Assembly: GCA_029953675.1 (NCBI GenBank) | Contig: JAMWBK010000003.1 | Location: 682,001-746,000 of the forward strand | Direction of reading: 5' to 3' | From: Rhodosorus marinus CCMP1338 | Lineage: Eukaryota > Plantae > Rhodophyta | DNA length: 64,000 nucleotides | In this document: in pieces, positions 41,809 through 52,572 of the stretch | Numbering within the stretch: position 1 is the first letter of the stretch | Layout: the number at the start of each line of letters is the position of its first letter | Notes under the pieces: model-generated | Told to the model about the DNA's origin: nothing | The model's input: the letters and a program-made list of their open reading frames with translations, nothing else | Database searches by the model: none | Made by a program: the position numbers and the translations under genes

Positions 41809-42515
41809 TTCTAGGATTAAAGAAAACCAAACAACAAAGTAAAGTATTTGGCTTTCAGATTTTCAACAACAACTGTTCTCCTTCCAAAATGCCGCAGAAC
41901 ACTTCGAAAACCTAATCGTCTATCTCCTCCCTCCCCAAGCCAGGCACAGGCACCGCGCAGCCCAGCCCTGGGCTCCTGTTAAGTACTCCAGAGAACGTTC
42001 CGAATTAAATGCAACATATCTTGCTTATCAATCAATAGTACGTTTACGACTAAAATTATTTATTAATAGTATTTATTAAACTATAATTGATAATATATTT
42101 ATATTTTCATGTTTTATTTTTTTGTGAAATATGGATCTAATTATGGATAGTACTGTTTGGATCAATGTTTTTCGTGTGATCATTATGGACCGAAGTGCGC
42201 GTGGGAGGAGGGTCATTGCTTGGTCCGGTCCTGTGACTAGGAACGCTTCTTAAGCGTACCGGCTGTCTTCTGAACAAATACATGCATCGGAATCTGTCTT
42301 CATTTCCTGTGGAAAAGCTCCCCAGTGTTTATTCGGTACGACAAACAGCAGCACGCGGCCATGGTCGGTGTGAGCTCGATTTTATGTTACAGAGGATGCA
42401 GTTCCAGATCTGTTTCATGTTCAGTTGAGAAAAATTCTCTCGAAGAAACAAATCGCCGCCCATAAGTGCTAACTACGGAAGCTTCCGCGCACTGGTTCTT
42501 ATGAGGAAAGCTGTT

Positions 42516-43292
42516 TCACGGAGTTTTGTCGTCGTCTGATAGGTTCATTCTGGATAGTGGAGCGAAGCTCCGACGATGCTCCGGTGTCGGACCCATATCC
42601 ATGATAACATTTCTGTGTTCCAGTGATCCGTAGCCCTTGTTGCTTTTGAATCCATATCCTGGGTATTTCTTGTCGAGCTCGACCATGAATCGGTCGCGCT
42701 GTACTTTGGCGATGATCGAAGCAACGGAGATGCACGACTCACTCGTATCACCTTTCACGATCGTATGGCATGGTATGTTCATAGTACCGGGAACTCGATT
42801 GCCATCGATCAACGCGTAGTCAGCTCCCACCAGCCTTGCAGCTTCCGCGAGGGCGTACATCGTGGCCCCCCCAATATTCAGTCTGTCAATATCCCGCGCA
42901 GTTACTGTACAAGATGCGTGTTCGACGCCGGGAAATGCCATTATTTCTTCATAAACTCTCAGCCTCTGTTTCTCTGTATACTTTTTCGAATCTCCCTTAA
43001 GTTCGATGTGAAATTGATCTGGGAGAATCACAGCGGTCGCAACGACAGGCCCGGCGAGGGGTCCACGACCCACCTCATCCACGCCACAGATTCTCCGATA
43101 GCCATTCTGCAGCAGTTGCTGCTCGATAAGCCGGGTAGGGACAACCTTGACCTTCTTCCCCTCGTCTCTACTCGTCACACAAGCCAAAGGCCGGCAAGGA
43201 GCTCTCCCCGACACAAACCTACTGCATTTCGCCAAAATCGAGCTCGAGAAGCAGAGACCTCCTGAATTCACCAAGTTCGATTCGCAGACCAT
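42516..43292 (-). CDS. rnhB: Bacterial-type ribonuclease HII with an organellar transit peptide, intronless
   Basis: GVDEVGRGPLAGPVV, GDSKK, LIDGN, VKGD, SIIAKVQRDRFM and NKGYGS..H; N-terminal S/R/C-rich extension. Confidence 0.93.
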   Translation of the reverse strand: MVCESNLVNSGGLCFSSSILAKCSRFVSGRAPCRPLACVTSRDEGKKVKVVPTRLIEQQLLQNGYRRICGVDEVGRGPLAGPVVATAVILPDQFHIELKGDSKKYTEKQRLRVYEEIMAFPGVEHASCTVTARDIDRLNIGGATMYALAEAARLVGADYALIDGNRVPGTMNIPCHTIVKGDTSESCISVASIIAKVQRDRFMVELDKKYPGYGFKSNKGYGSLEHRNVIMDMGPTPEHRRSFAPLSRMNLSDDDKTP

Positions 43293-43601
43293 CACACGTT
43301 GTTCTCTCTGTCAGTGGAAGTCTTTGAAGCAGAGAAACGGTCCAAAGACTTCTTCGGAGCGAGTCCGAGAAAGACTGAAAATCCTCGATGCCATATGCCA
43401 CCCATTCATAGAGGTTCGAATTGCGTTTGAGTTGCGACACGGGGAAGGAGATGATCAAGTGGAATCAGCTAAAGACCGAGAGCAGTTGAACCAGGAGTCC
43501 ATTGTGAGTCCATGGTCAGCTATGGCCACTATTTCTAAGGGATTAATTGCCCTTTCCATTTTAATCCTCTTCTTGGATAAGCCCCGAGGGGACCATCAGG
43601 G

Positions 43602-43980
43602 CTACTTCAATCCGTCTTGGAGGGTGGCTGGTCGTGTGGAGGGCCTTAAGGTGATTGTCGGCGGCTTTAGCCCGTTAATGAAGGCTACCACCTGCAATTA
43701 TTCAGACATGCAATTTAGGATCATACGTCATCAGCTCGTTGAGCACGCGCTCGAACGAATTCACGTACTCCTGCACAGTCTGACTCTCCCGCCGTTGCGT
43801 CTCCCAAATCTTGTCAGCCAACTCGTAGCGGCGGTTGTATGACGCGGACATCTCGAATTCTGGTGCGTAGTATTCTTCTTCCTTCTCTTGTTCAATTCCT
43901 CTGGGCCGTTCGATTCTTGTTCTAACTGTGCCCTGCCATCTTCATATCAACGCTCCGGTGGCAATACGATACAAATCAAG
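43602..43980 (-). mobile_element. Decayed Ty3/Gypsy-type gag (capsid) fragment
   Basis: Minus-strand translation ...ELADKIWETQRRESQTVQEYVNSFERVLNEL...* then, after a +1 shift, LQVVAFINGLKP...PATLQDGLK*. This fits the Retrotrans_gag pattern Q-x3-4-[ST]V-x-[ED]Y-x3-F...F-x2-GL-x-P...P-x-[TS]L. Stops at 43702 and 43602; no LTRs or pol recognised. Confidence 0.5.
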
Positions 43981-44527
43981 CTCTGGATGTGGGAAGTCCT
44001 TCTCTAGTGGGCTGGTTCGAAAACGTACTGGCTTGGGCTAAACCATCGTACCGCGCAACTATGGGCAGTCTGGCGAGAAAAAGTACCCGGAAGCGGGATT
44101 ATGGGCGTCCAACCCGCTTTCAACGGCGATTTTGGAGAGATTTGTGGGGGCTCGAGGGTGAGTGATAAGTAGACGCGAAGTATAGTTGTTGTTTATTGTG
44201 TGTCAGCTTGCCCACCATCAGTGCGAGAAAGCACTTTATAGCGCATAAGATAGAAGTCGTTTGACCAGACTTCGTCAAGGTCTCGCTTGCCGGAGGCGGG
44301 GATTGATCGCAAGAGGTCGTCGACACATTTGCCCCTTTTCTCACAAAAAAACGATATCATCAAAAAGGCAGTTTCCGCTGGGCGACAGGGGTCTATGGCT
44401 AAGGCAGAACAGCTTTAGAAAGGGCGCTGGGAGACGTGACCAGGCTCCACCATAGGTTCGCAACCAAGATCGTTAGTGGAAACTAGAACGGTCTAGATAT
44501 TCAGTTTTCCTTTTTACAGTTTGTAAA

Positions 44528-44570
44528 AATCAATCAATGTCGAGATAATCAATCAAAGCCAATCAATCAA
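44528..44570. promoter_or_regulatory. Triple AATCAATCAA direct repeat in an AT-rich island
   Basis: Exact copies at 44528, 44547 and 44561. Confidence 0.6.
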
Positions 44571-45183
44571 CGGAAAACTGAAGAACTTAAGTTTTTCCTT
44601 AAAAATCGCCTAGCAAATGATTGGTTAAAGTGAGATTCAAAATTGGTCCATTTCTTTTTTCTATAGAAAAATCCGTTGATATGAACGAAATAAATCTCCA
44701 TATCGGACCGTTCAAGAGCATTTTTGGGAATAAGGGGGAGGAAAATATTTTCCCAATATGATGGAGGATGTAAATATCTAAATATTAATCATTTATGGAT
44801 TGTAATGGGAAGGAGAAAAGGGGGGCAAATGTAGTGATGAACATTGTTAAGCAATTGGATCCATTCTCTAGCGATGGATACCGAAGGCTTCGAAGGTGAC
44901 GGATAGGTCGGAGCTCTGCTTAGAAAGCTTGCTATTGATGAGCGAGACAGAGATTGGAGGGATGAAGGGAGAGCGACTTGGAAAGATAGTATTTCATCTT
45001 TTGTTTGGTAACGCGTCGTTTCTACGATTTCATCTGAAACAGGCACGATTTTTCGCTCAGACCGCTGGTTCGGCTTCGAACGGGATTTTTTTTTTCTTTT
45101 TCACTTCCACGTAAGTTTTGGTCATCTCTTTTTTTTTTGGTTTCCTCGTTTTCGCGGATTCTAGGGGACTGAGATGCTCTCAG

Positions 45184-46047
45184 TTACCTACTGAACAAGA
45201 GTTCGAGTCTTCGCGAACATAACCTTGGTCGTTGATTCCTGTGGTTCCATGCGAATTTATCGAGAAGTGTTGGTGAGATCCGAAGCTGCCGGGTGCTGCG
45301 GATGCAGTACTTGCGTAGCTTGGAAATGTAGAGGAGCGTTACCAATGCGTGCATAAACTCGGAAAAGGTCACGTGTCCCTGTCGTTTTCTCCCGGTTGAC
45401 TGGATCATGCCCGTGATTTGATCGTCAGTTAGTTCCTGTACAGCGCAATCCAGTATTCCGAGCGCAGGGGTAATCCTCAGACCACATGGTCACAGTTGGG
45501 AAATAAATTCGTCTTTTGAAGCGTACCCTCTCAAAATCGGCATTGATTCTACTCAAGTCTCCTTCCGAAATACCAACGTCCGTGTTAGCCGCCATGCATT
45601 CATATACCTTGCTCATCACCCGGCGTTGTGATTCGGCCAGCTGACACAACGACAAAGAAGAAACCCGGTTAAGGGAGCTACGCACGCTTTGGCGTGTCTG
45701 AAGCTTTCCTGAAGTAGATGAGCAAAGTGCAAACGTACCAGTTTCTGGTCCACTACAAACATGAGGTCATCAATGCCAATCTGCTTCCTATGCCCGAAGC
45801 GCATCGCGACCCTGCGCTTTTCTTCCCTGGACAGACCCAGCTCAATTGCCTCCATCACGTTAGGGATATTCCTGACGTTCATCATCCCATTTCCAGCCGT
45901 CATCAGAGCAAAGACGTCATGTACGTACTCCTTGGCCTCATCACTCACGCCCGCGTCCTCCCGCATACCGTCCGTCAGCGGAACCCCAACCAGACACAGG
46001 AGGTCGCTTTCACAATCAGCATCAACAACGACCTCAGTTTCCATCAT
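45184..46047 (-). CDS. Divergent centrin/calmodulin-like protein A with degenerate EF-hand loops; last exon uncertain (stop at 45184 or 45188)
   Basis: VSDEAKEYVHDVFALM...MNVRNIPNVMEAIEL, IGIDDLMFVVDQKL|, ISEGDLSRINADFER|ELTDDQITGMIQSTGRKRQGHVTFSEF. Helix spacing matches centrin, but the acidic Ca ligands are lost. Confidence 0.6.
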
Positions 46048-46240
46048 TTTATTCGTTCGGAACAAATAGAAAAGGAACACCTTTTTCACAGAATAAATCC
46101 CGAACCAGCGCAAACGCTCCCTTGCCAACAGCCCAACACCATCCTAAGCCAGAAAAGTTCCAATCCCTTCTCTTAAACAATCTGACGATTGATCAGAAAT
46201 TAAATATAACGATTTTGCATTATTATCTAATTATCATCTA

Positions 46241-46290
46241 CCACGTGTCTCGACAATATGTTTATACCAATTAATTACTGCCACGCGTCC
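46241..46290. promoter_or_regulatory. Paired G-box-like motifs (CCACGTGTCTC ... CCACGCGTCC, 40 bp apart) upstream of centrin-like A
   Basis: Direct read at 46241 and 46281 in an AT island about 195-240 bp upstream of the ATG. Confidence 0.55.
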
Positions 46291-48259
46291 ACATCTTGTC
46301 GATATGATGGCGTTGAATGTGTTCGTGACTGATCCCCTGTTGGTTTTCCTGGGAAACTAACCCCAGATGGGTGTCCTAGGAGGTGGAAAGTGAGTCAAAG
46401 AAGGTGACAACCGACTCATCAATAAACGTTAACTACTAGAACTACTGGCACTCTCATAGCTACAAAAGCAAAACCGATGCCCCTCGACAGGGTGCGGTTC
46501 ATCGCGGTAAGAGCTTTGCCCAAAATGGTGGCCTCAGAGAGTCCAGACGCCTGTTATTGCGGAGCAAGGATCTCACGACCTCGTCATGGCTTATGATGAG
46601 CTCTTGGAAGATCACCAGACTCATAGCGTGGCACAGGAAAACAAAAAAAAAAGCAGCCTGTGATTCTGAGGGTCACAGAGTCCGAAGTTTTACGGGTCTG
46701 CGGCAGGCAAGCGCTCGGCGTGAAGAGGAATCTGCTGTGTTTAGCTTCCGATGATTGAGCGTCGATGACCCTGGCAGTTCAGCGTTGAGTAAGACTCGAC
46801 CTAACCTAAACAAACGCATACGACACACAGGCGGACCTTGCTGGCAGATAATCAAGCGTGTCTGAGGTGGGTTAATGACAAGACAAATCCACCTGCCGCT
46901 AATTGAACCTTACATCCTGGACCGCCGTTTGTCAGCGTTTCGAAAAGTAAGGTCACGAAGTTCAGCACGAACACACCACACTTAACACTTTCAGGAGACA
47001 AAGCAACGTTACTATACAACCATAGGAGAGTCACTCGGCAGCTCAGAGGTCACATTAGCAAATAAGCGCAGCATCACCCCTTCCAGTCCTGCACAATGCC
47101 AAATACATCAAAAACGCGACCCCCACTGATCCAAACAATATTCAATTAAAAACAAACAATAAGGCACTCGCTACAAAAATACTAAATATTTGTAATCTAA
47201 GATTCCTGTTAATATATAGTACTTTATGTAGTATATGTTATAATTTTGTTTAATTTATGAAAAATGAAATGCTGGAAGGTATTAAAATTTTCCCTGAATC
47301 AGTAAATATTTGATGAATGATGTAAAAAATTGTAAGTTGGTCGTTTTCGCTATGTGAATTGTTTTTGATGCTGTTTGCGCTGATTCACTGCTACGATCCT
47401 GACCTTCGGGGGCATGTGACGCGTGCGCTGGAAGCAATTTGTTATGTTTCGGGGGGTAAAATTTGATGTTAAGCCCACACGACGAAAATTAAGGCCATCA
47501 GAGAACTTGGATTTGAAGCTTTTCCTCCAGTTTGGTCTAGAGCCCCGGCAGTAGGTTCAGGAACAAACCGCGTGGTGGCTGCGCAGCGTTGTGACCACAG
47601 CAAAGGAACGGTAGGGCTCCAATGTGGTTGATCACTGTGCGCGCCCCCTTCTCACCCTTTCTCCCAAGTCGTCAGGGAGTTGAACTGGATGCTCAAAGGA
47701 ATAATCCTTTCTACCGTAGGCTGCAGTGTCCTCACCTTCCGAGTGAGAAGATTGCTGTGTAGAGGTGAGATACAGCTAAGTATCTCTAAAGGTGTTTTCG
47801 GTTCGGCGGAAAGTCCCACGGCCGGTTGGGCGTAAGGGGTCTGGGCACTTTGCTCGGGAGGAGATTACCGCTAGAAGCGTCCAGGTTAACTGATAAAGCT
47901 TTTTATCATCTGAACTACCTTCGGTCGGGCCTCTGCAAGGTGAGATTCGCGAGCGCGCTCAAAAGCGGCTTTGATAGGTAAAGCATACTTAAGGTTGGGT
48001 GGAAGTTGGATTGGATTTTTTTTATAGGAAGCTCGAGTGTAGTGACCTCAACGCTCTTTACTTACTCCAGTGGTAGGTTCTTGAAGAAGGTATACATAGC
48101 GATACTGGTGTATGGGTTGCTACTGGCCTGATGTTTGGCGAGTCGAGGCGGGTGTTGAGTGAATGAATGAGGTTGCTCTCGTGGAAGGGAGGCTAGCGTT
48201 TTGTGGGGTTGTAAAGCGAAGGCTGGGTCTGGCAGAGATCTGTTGAGGTGTTGTTTTGG

Positions 48260-49117
48260 ATGGAACTTGTAACTCAAGTTGGGCATGGAGTGAAGTCGTT
48301 TGGCTGGGAGCTTGCGAAGGGGTGTGGTTTTACTGCGGAGTGTGTTAGTATGAGACTCTCAAGGCAAAGGTCTGTTCCTTTGGAATCCGAGTATGTTGTG
48401 CACTTTGGAATGCGGAGGTCCAAGTCGATCGACTCTTTGGAGCCTGTCACTGGGGGAGGGATCGGATCACTGCAGGAGGAGGAGCAAGGAGAATTGATCG
48501 CGCTGGATTTGAGAAAGTGGACAAGATCGACTGCTTTATTGCTGCTCGAGGTCACAAGGGGTTATGCGTGGGAATGTTACGCGAAACCGTACCACGTACA
48601 AGATCCTTACCTATACAGAATTACTGGAGGAACGAACGGCAGTTTTGTTGAGTTCATCATGAGAGACACGGAAAATTTCTCCGTTGGCAGCACCGTGTGG
48701 TCACAAGCAACCAAGTACGCCCTGATCTTCGACAATAAGTCCAAGCTACGCGCCCTTATCAAGCCGACGAGTGCAGACTCTTTCAATATCTACAGAATTT
48801 CTGGAAGTTTGGACAAAAATGAGGTGCTGATAACGGCCGTCTTCGACCATGGGCAAGGAATGGAATTGAAAGCGAGCCATCGAGTTCTTGTATCTCGAAA
48901 TCGCGATATCACCATATACCACGAACACTCAGGGACTCTGCTCCACGCTGACAAGGACCATAAAACGTACAGGCTCACAACAGGAGTAACGCAAGAATCA
49001 GCCTTGCTCTTGTTGTCCCTGTTCACGATAAGGCATCTCGTTAAGCTCATACGGCCCAACAGGAAGAAGCCCGACCGAAAGAAAAAGGCACTGCGACGAC
49101 ACAATTCACACAATTAA
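48260..49117 (+). CDS. Intronless 285-aa protein, possibly of the LURP-one/Tubby-C/scramblase-like fold
   Basis: Long ORF with typical coding composition, a beta-rich core and a terminal hydrophobic helix (YRLTTGVTQESALLLLSLFTI) as in LOR-family barrels. The family call is tentative and the start codon uncertain. Confidence 0.55.
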   Translation: MELVTQVGHGVKSFGWELAKGCGFTAECVSMRLSRQRSVPLESEYVVHFGMRRSKSIDSLEPVTGGGIGSLQEEEQGELIALDLRKWTRSTALLLLEVTRGYAWECYAKPYHVQDPYLYRITGGTNGSFVEFIMRDTENFSVGSTVWSQATKYALIFDNKSKLRALIKPTSADSFNIYRISGSLDKNEVLITAVFDHGQGMELKASHRVLVSRNRDITIYHEHSGTLLHADKDHKTYRLTTGVTQESALLLLSLFTIRHLVKLIRPNRKKPDRKKKALRRHNSHN

Positions 49118-49450
49118 CCTAACGTATCGGCGGAAGTTTTTATATGTATTTGCATTTGCGACCGAGGAGCGCTTCGTACGAACAGCACGAGGAGGATTGC
49201 TGCTATTTGTCACGTCTAAAAGTTCATTTTTTTTAATGTTTGAATATATGACCGGAGGACCAACGCCATTTAGTCTTCCGGGACCCTCTAAGACGTTTCT
49301 CCACCCGGCAATTGGGAGGCTTTACATAAGTGCATCTCGAAGGTAGTGCTCTACGGTTGTCGATTTGGCGAGCAAAGCCCGTAGCAAGCTGATCGAGCAC
49401 GCGGCAACGAAAAGATGACATTCTATTTTTTTTTTGCTTGGTGGAGAGGC

Positions 49451-50184
49451 TCAATCTTGTCCATCTGTGGATCCCAGGGCGTACTTGAAATCATCCAGTG
49501 TCACTGCTCCATCTCCATCGAGATCAACATCGTTGATCATTGCCTCCAGTTCTTTTTCTGAATAGTCCTGGTGTTTCGCAGTCGATTCGAAAGTTCACGT
49601 CAGAGGCCCACCCTTGCGTTCATTCTGTTTGCGATGGAGGTCAACTTACAAGGCCAATCTCGACATGTACCCTCTTCAGATTGTGGAGAGTTATTCCTGC
49701 CTCACCATCCCCGCAGATGTCGGAGAAGACCAGTCGAATTTTCTTGTCAAGCTCTTCTTGGCCCTATGGGACGAGTTGTTTGCGAGGAACAACGTGAGCA
49801 GATACGAAGTAGAATTGAGCTTCAGCTTAACTAACGAACCACGAACTGAGTCTTACTTTTTGTCGAAGGACAATGTCTTCCACGTCTTTAGAGTTGATAA
49901 TTTTTCTCTTCTGCGTTGCCAGCTCAGCGAGCTTTTGCCGCTTGGTCTCCTTAGAGACTTTGCCTCCAAGCGCGAGCAGGATATTCTTTAGCTCCTTTAC
50001 CGGAATATTTCCTTGCATTGGAAACATAAATTATGCATATTGTTTTTAGAGTCGAAACGGCAATTCTGAAAAACCAGTCCAGCCCAAACAGGCTACCTTC
50101 CTCGGTCTCAAACAGTTCACAGGCATCCCGAATTTCCTCGAGCTCATCCTCGTCCAGCTCCGCCCCACTTTTGAATAACTCCAT
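49451..50184 (-). CDS. Centrin-like EF-hand protein B, 4 exons
   Basis: ELDEDELEEIRDACELFETEEG|NIPVKELKNILLALG, GITLHNLKRVHVEIGL|DYSEKELEAMINDVDLDGDGAVTLDDF; canonical EF4 loop retained. Confidence 0.75.
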
Positions 50185-50583
50185 CAGGTAGTCTCTAATA
50201 GTCACAAACAGCTAACCAAACATCCAGCAGCACCACCAATCCAAACCCTCGTGACTCCACATGCTAGTCTTAGAGTCAATCCCACATCCTTCCCCCCTTC
50301 AAAACACGTCCCAACTCCGAAATCCATCAAGCACAGGTCCTTCGCTCTTTATACAGCCAGTCGCAACGAAAACTCTCACAGAACACACCAAGACCAAAAA
50401 TTGCTGTGAAATCCGTCGAAAACTCCACATGAGAACCAGCTCAAGTCCCATCCAGACCTACACCGACCTCAACTAACACCTTCACGACCCTTCACAATCC
50501 CAAATACTTCGCCAACGGATTTCAATCCAAATTATTTTCATAATTCATACATCAATTTCACTATTGTATCCAAATAATACTCA

Positions 50584-50687
50584 CCACGTGTCTCTATCGT
50601 ACTTCAGCTAATGATAATAAACCACGTGTCCTATAAATTCGGTACGTAAGCATTGGGTCGTTAGCTAGTCGGGTGTAGACGCGTGTC
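50584..50687. promoter_or_regulatory. Paired CCACGTGTC G-boxes (38 bp apart) plus a CE3-like ACGCGTGTC upstream of centrin-like B
   Basis: Direct read at 50584, 50622 and 50679. Confidence 0.55.
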
Positions 50688-50937
50688 CATAAGAGTTTGG
50701 AGTTTGCAGTATAGGTGGGAGCAGGATTGGTCTCCGTCGGTGGAGTTGATCAAGAGGATAGGCACGCCAAAAAAGCAGAGGAAACGGCTTGGACTTAGAG
50801 CGAGTAATCAGACCCCTCTCTGGGCTTGCCGATATGAACGAACGGAATGTCAGAGGCGTATTGAAAAGAATGTGTAGGATAGCGGCGAGAAGAAAAGTTG
50901 GAACTGTGAGGTGGTGACAGACGAAGTCAGCATCGAT

Positions 50938-51600
50938 ATGCGCTATTCCGATCCCATCCAATCTATGAAAGAACGTGGAAATATCGTTCTAGGAGGTTAT
51001 GGTGTCGTCCGCATCTACGCAGAGACGGTTGAATCGCGACAGGAGCGATTCAATTTCTTGCAGTGCTTGCATTGGCCTTGTTCGAAGCCGTTGCAGTTGT
51101 TTTATGAGTCCGGTTGGTTTGTGGGCGGATAAGGGGAGCTCATGTCGACACAAGGGTATTCAACTACGCTCTCCTAGGTCCTGTACTGGTTCGATGGGGA
51201 CTGGACCGCTGTCTGAGTTTCTTCGACATCGAGAGAACCTCTCAGAGTTTGCGCGGAGTACATAGAATGGGGACACAATAGGGGTTATCGAGCAGCGCCC
51301 GTCGCAAGGGCTCAGCGGTGCTAGGACACCGTATACTATTGTCCTGGCAGCCAGGTTGATGACTGCCTACGGAGTTGTGAAATATCTCATTAGACAGTTC
51401 TTTGTCAAGCTCAGTCTCGGGGCGACTAGCCATTAAGTGAGTTGGACTGTAATAGGATCTCGCACGGTAAGTGATCAACTGCTTTCAAAAATCTGTGAAA
51501 TTCACTTCGTATCATGCAGATGCCCCTCAGGGGCAGGTCTGTGTACGAGGTATAGGTTTCTCCCCATAGCTGTGGCTCAGGTGCTGATAGGCTACGGGGT
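50938..51600 (+). pseudogene. Possible heavily decayed protein-kinase (CMGC-like) relic
   Basis: Colinear weak motifs in shifting frames: GGYGVV (50992), FLQCLHWP (51055), *GELM (51130), LSEFLRHRENLSEFAR (51209), NISLDS (51381), DLAR|GTAAGT (51456) and CTRYR after a 53-nt intron. Many stops are present. Confidence 0.3.
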
Positions 51601-52125
51601 TTGACCTGCGCCATTCTTTTTGGAGGCTCATGTTATGCAAGCGGATATTCTTCTCTTCTAAAATAGTCATGCTTGTCGACGTGTAATACCGCTTCCTAAA
51701 AAACGGGGCAATTGGCAATTATTCCAATATCTTTACATCTCTGAAAGCACAAGACACCAGCAGCAATAACGATAACTGATATCAAGCGGCGCAAGCTGGT
51801 TTGGTCAGATCCTATCCATCCTAGCGCTCGTCCATCGGCCTCATGGACTAGAAACTATCCCCCACCAAGCCAGATGCAACAATCTGCAAAAAGGAAGGGA
51901 CACTCCTAAGCCCTAACTCCTAAAACAAAGCTTTTTCATCTTCAGGAACCTGTTCAAGGAACGCAGGCGATTGTCAGTGAGAAAGGCCCAAGCCGTACCC
52001 ATGACATCAAGCTATACACCCCTGAGCTCAGCTTTTTTCCCGTACAAGGAACGCGTCGACGTTGAATATGTGTGCAAATAATCGACACCCTCACACTTCT
52101 CCATCGAAGCAGCCAAGGTTACAGA

Positions 52126-52572
52126 TCAGTCTGATCGCTCCCGATTGGGGACAATGACCGTGTTCTTCGGCTTACGCTTCTGCCTTGGATATAGCTCGTT
52201 CTTGATAATCTTGTGCATTTCCTTTCTCCTTCTCTGCTTGAGAATTTCATTCCTCTTATGCTTCACCGCTCTGTTTGTCAGTTTTCGAGCTTGCACACCT
52301 TCCTTTAGAGGACGGAAAGACTCTTCTTCCGAAATCGGGGTCGCCGCCAACGGCCACGCTGCGCCATGCCTACCAATCCACAGATAACCTTGTCCGTTTC
52401 GAAGCATTTCGGAGGGAACTTGAGCTCCTTTCAAGGCGAAATCCATGAGCCTCCGACGCCTCCACTGGGTTCCTTGCCACAATTCCTTGGTTTCAGCTTT
52501 TCCTGACACAAATCGTCGAGAGAGCCCTGACACGAAATCCCTCATCCCTACCAGAATTCCTCCCCTCATCAT
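52126..52572 (-). CDS. 148-aa basic protein with a mitochondrial-type presequence, possibly a mitoribosomal small protein
   Basis: ATG ORF behind a long G/T-rich leader; N-terminus MMRGGILVGMRDFVSGLSRRFVSG and K/R-rich C-terminus VKHKRNEILKQRRRKEMHK. Family not recognised. Confidence 0.55.
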   Translation of the reverse strand: MMRGGILVGMRDFVSGLSRRFVSGKAETKELWQGTQWRRRRLMDFALKGAQVPSEMLRNGQGYLWIGRHGAAWPLAATPISEEESFRPLKEGVQARKLTNRAVKHKRNEILKQRRRKEMHKIIKNELYPRQKRKPKNTVIVPNRERSD

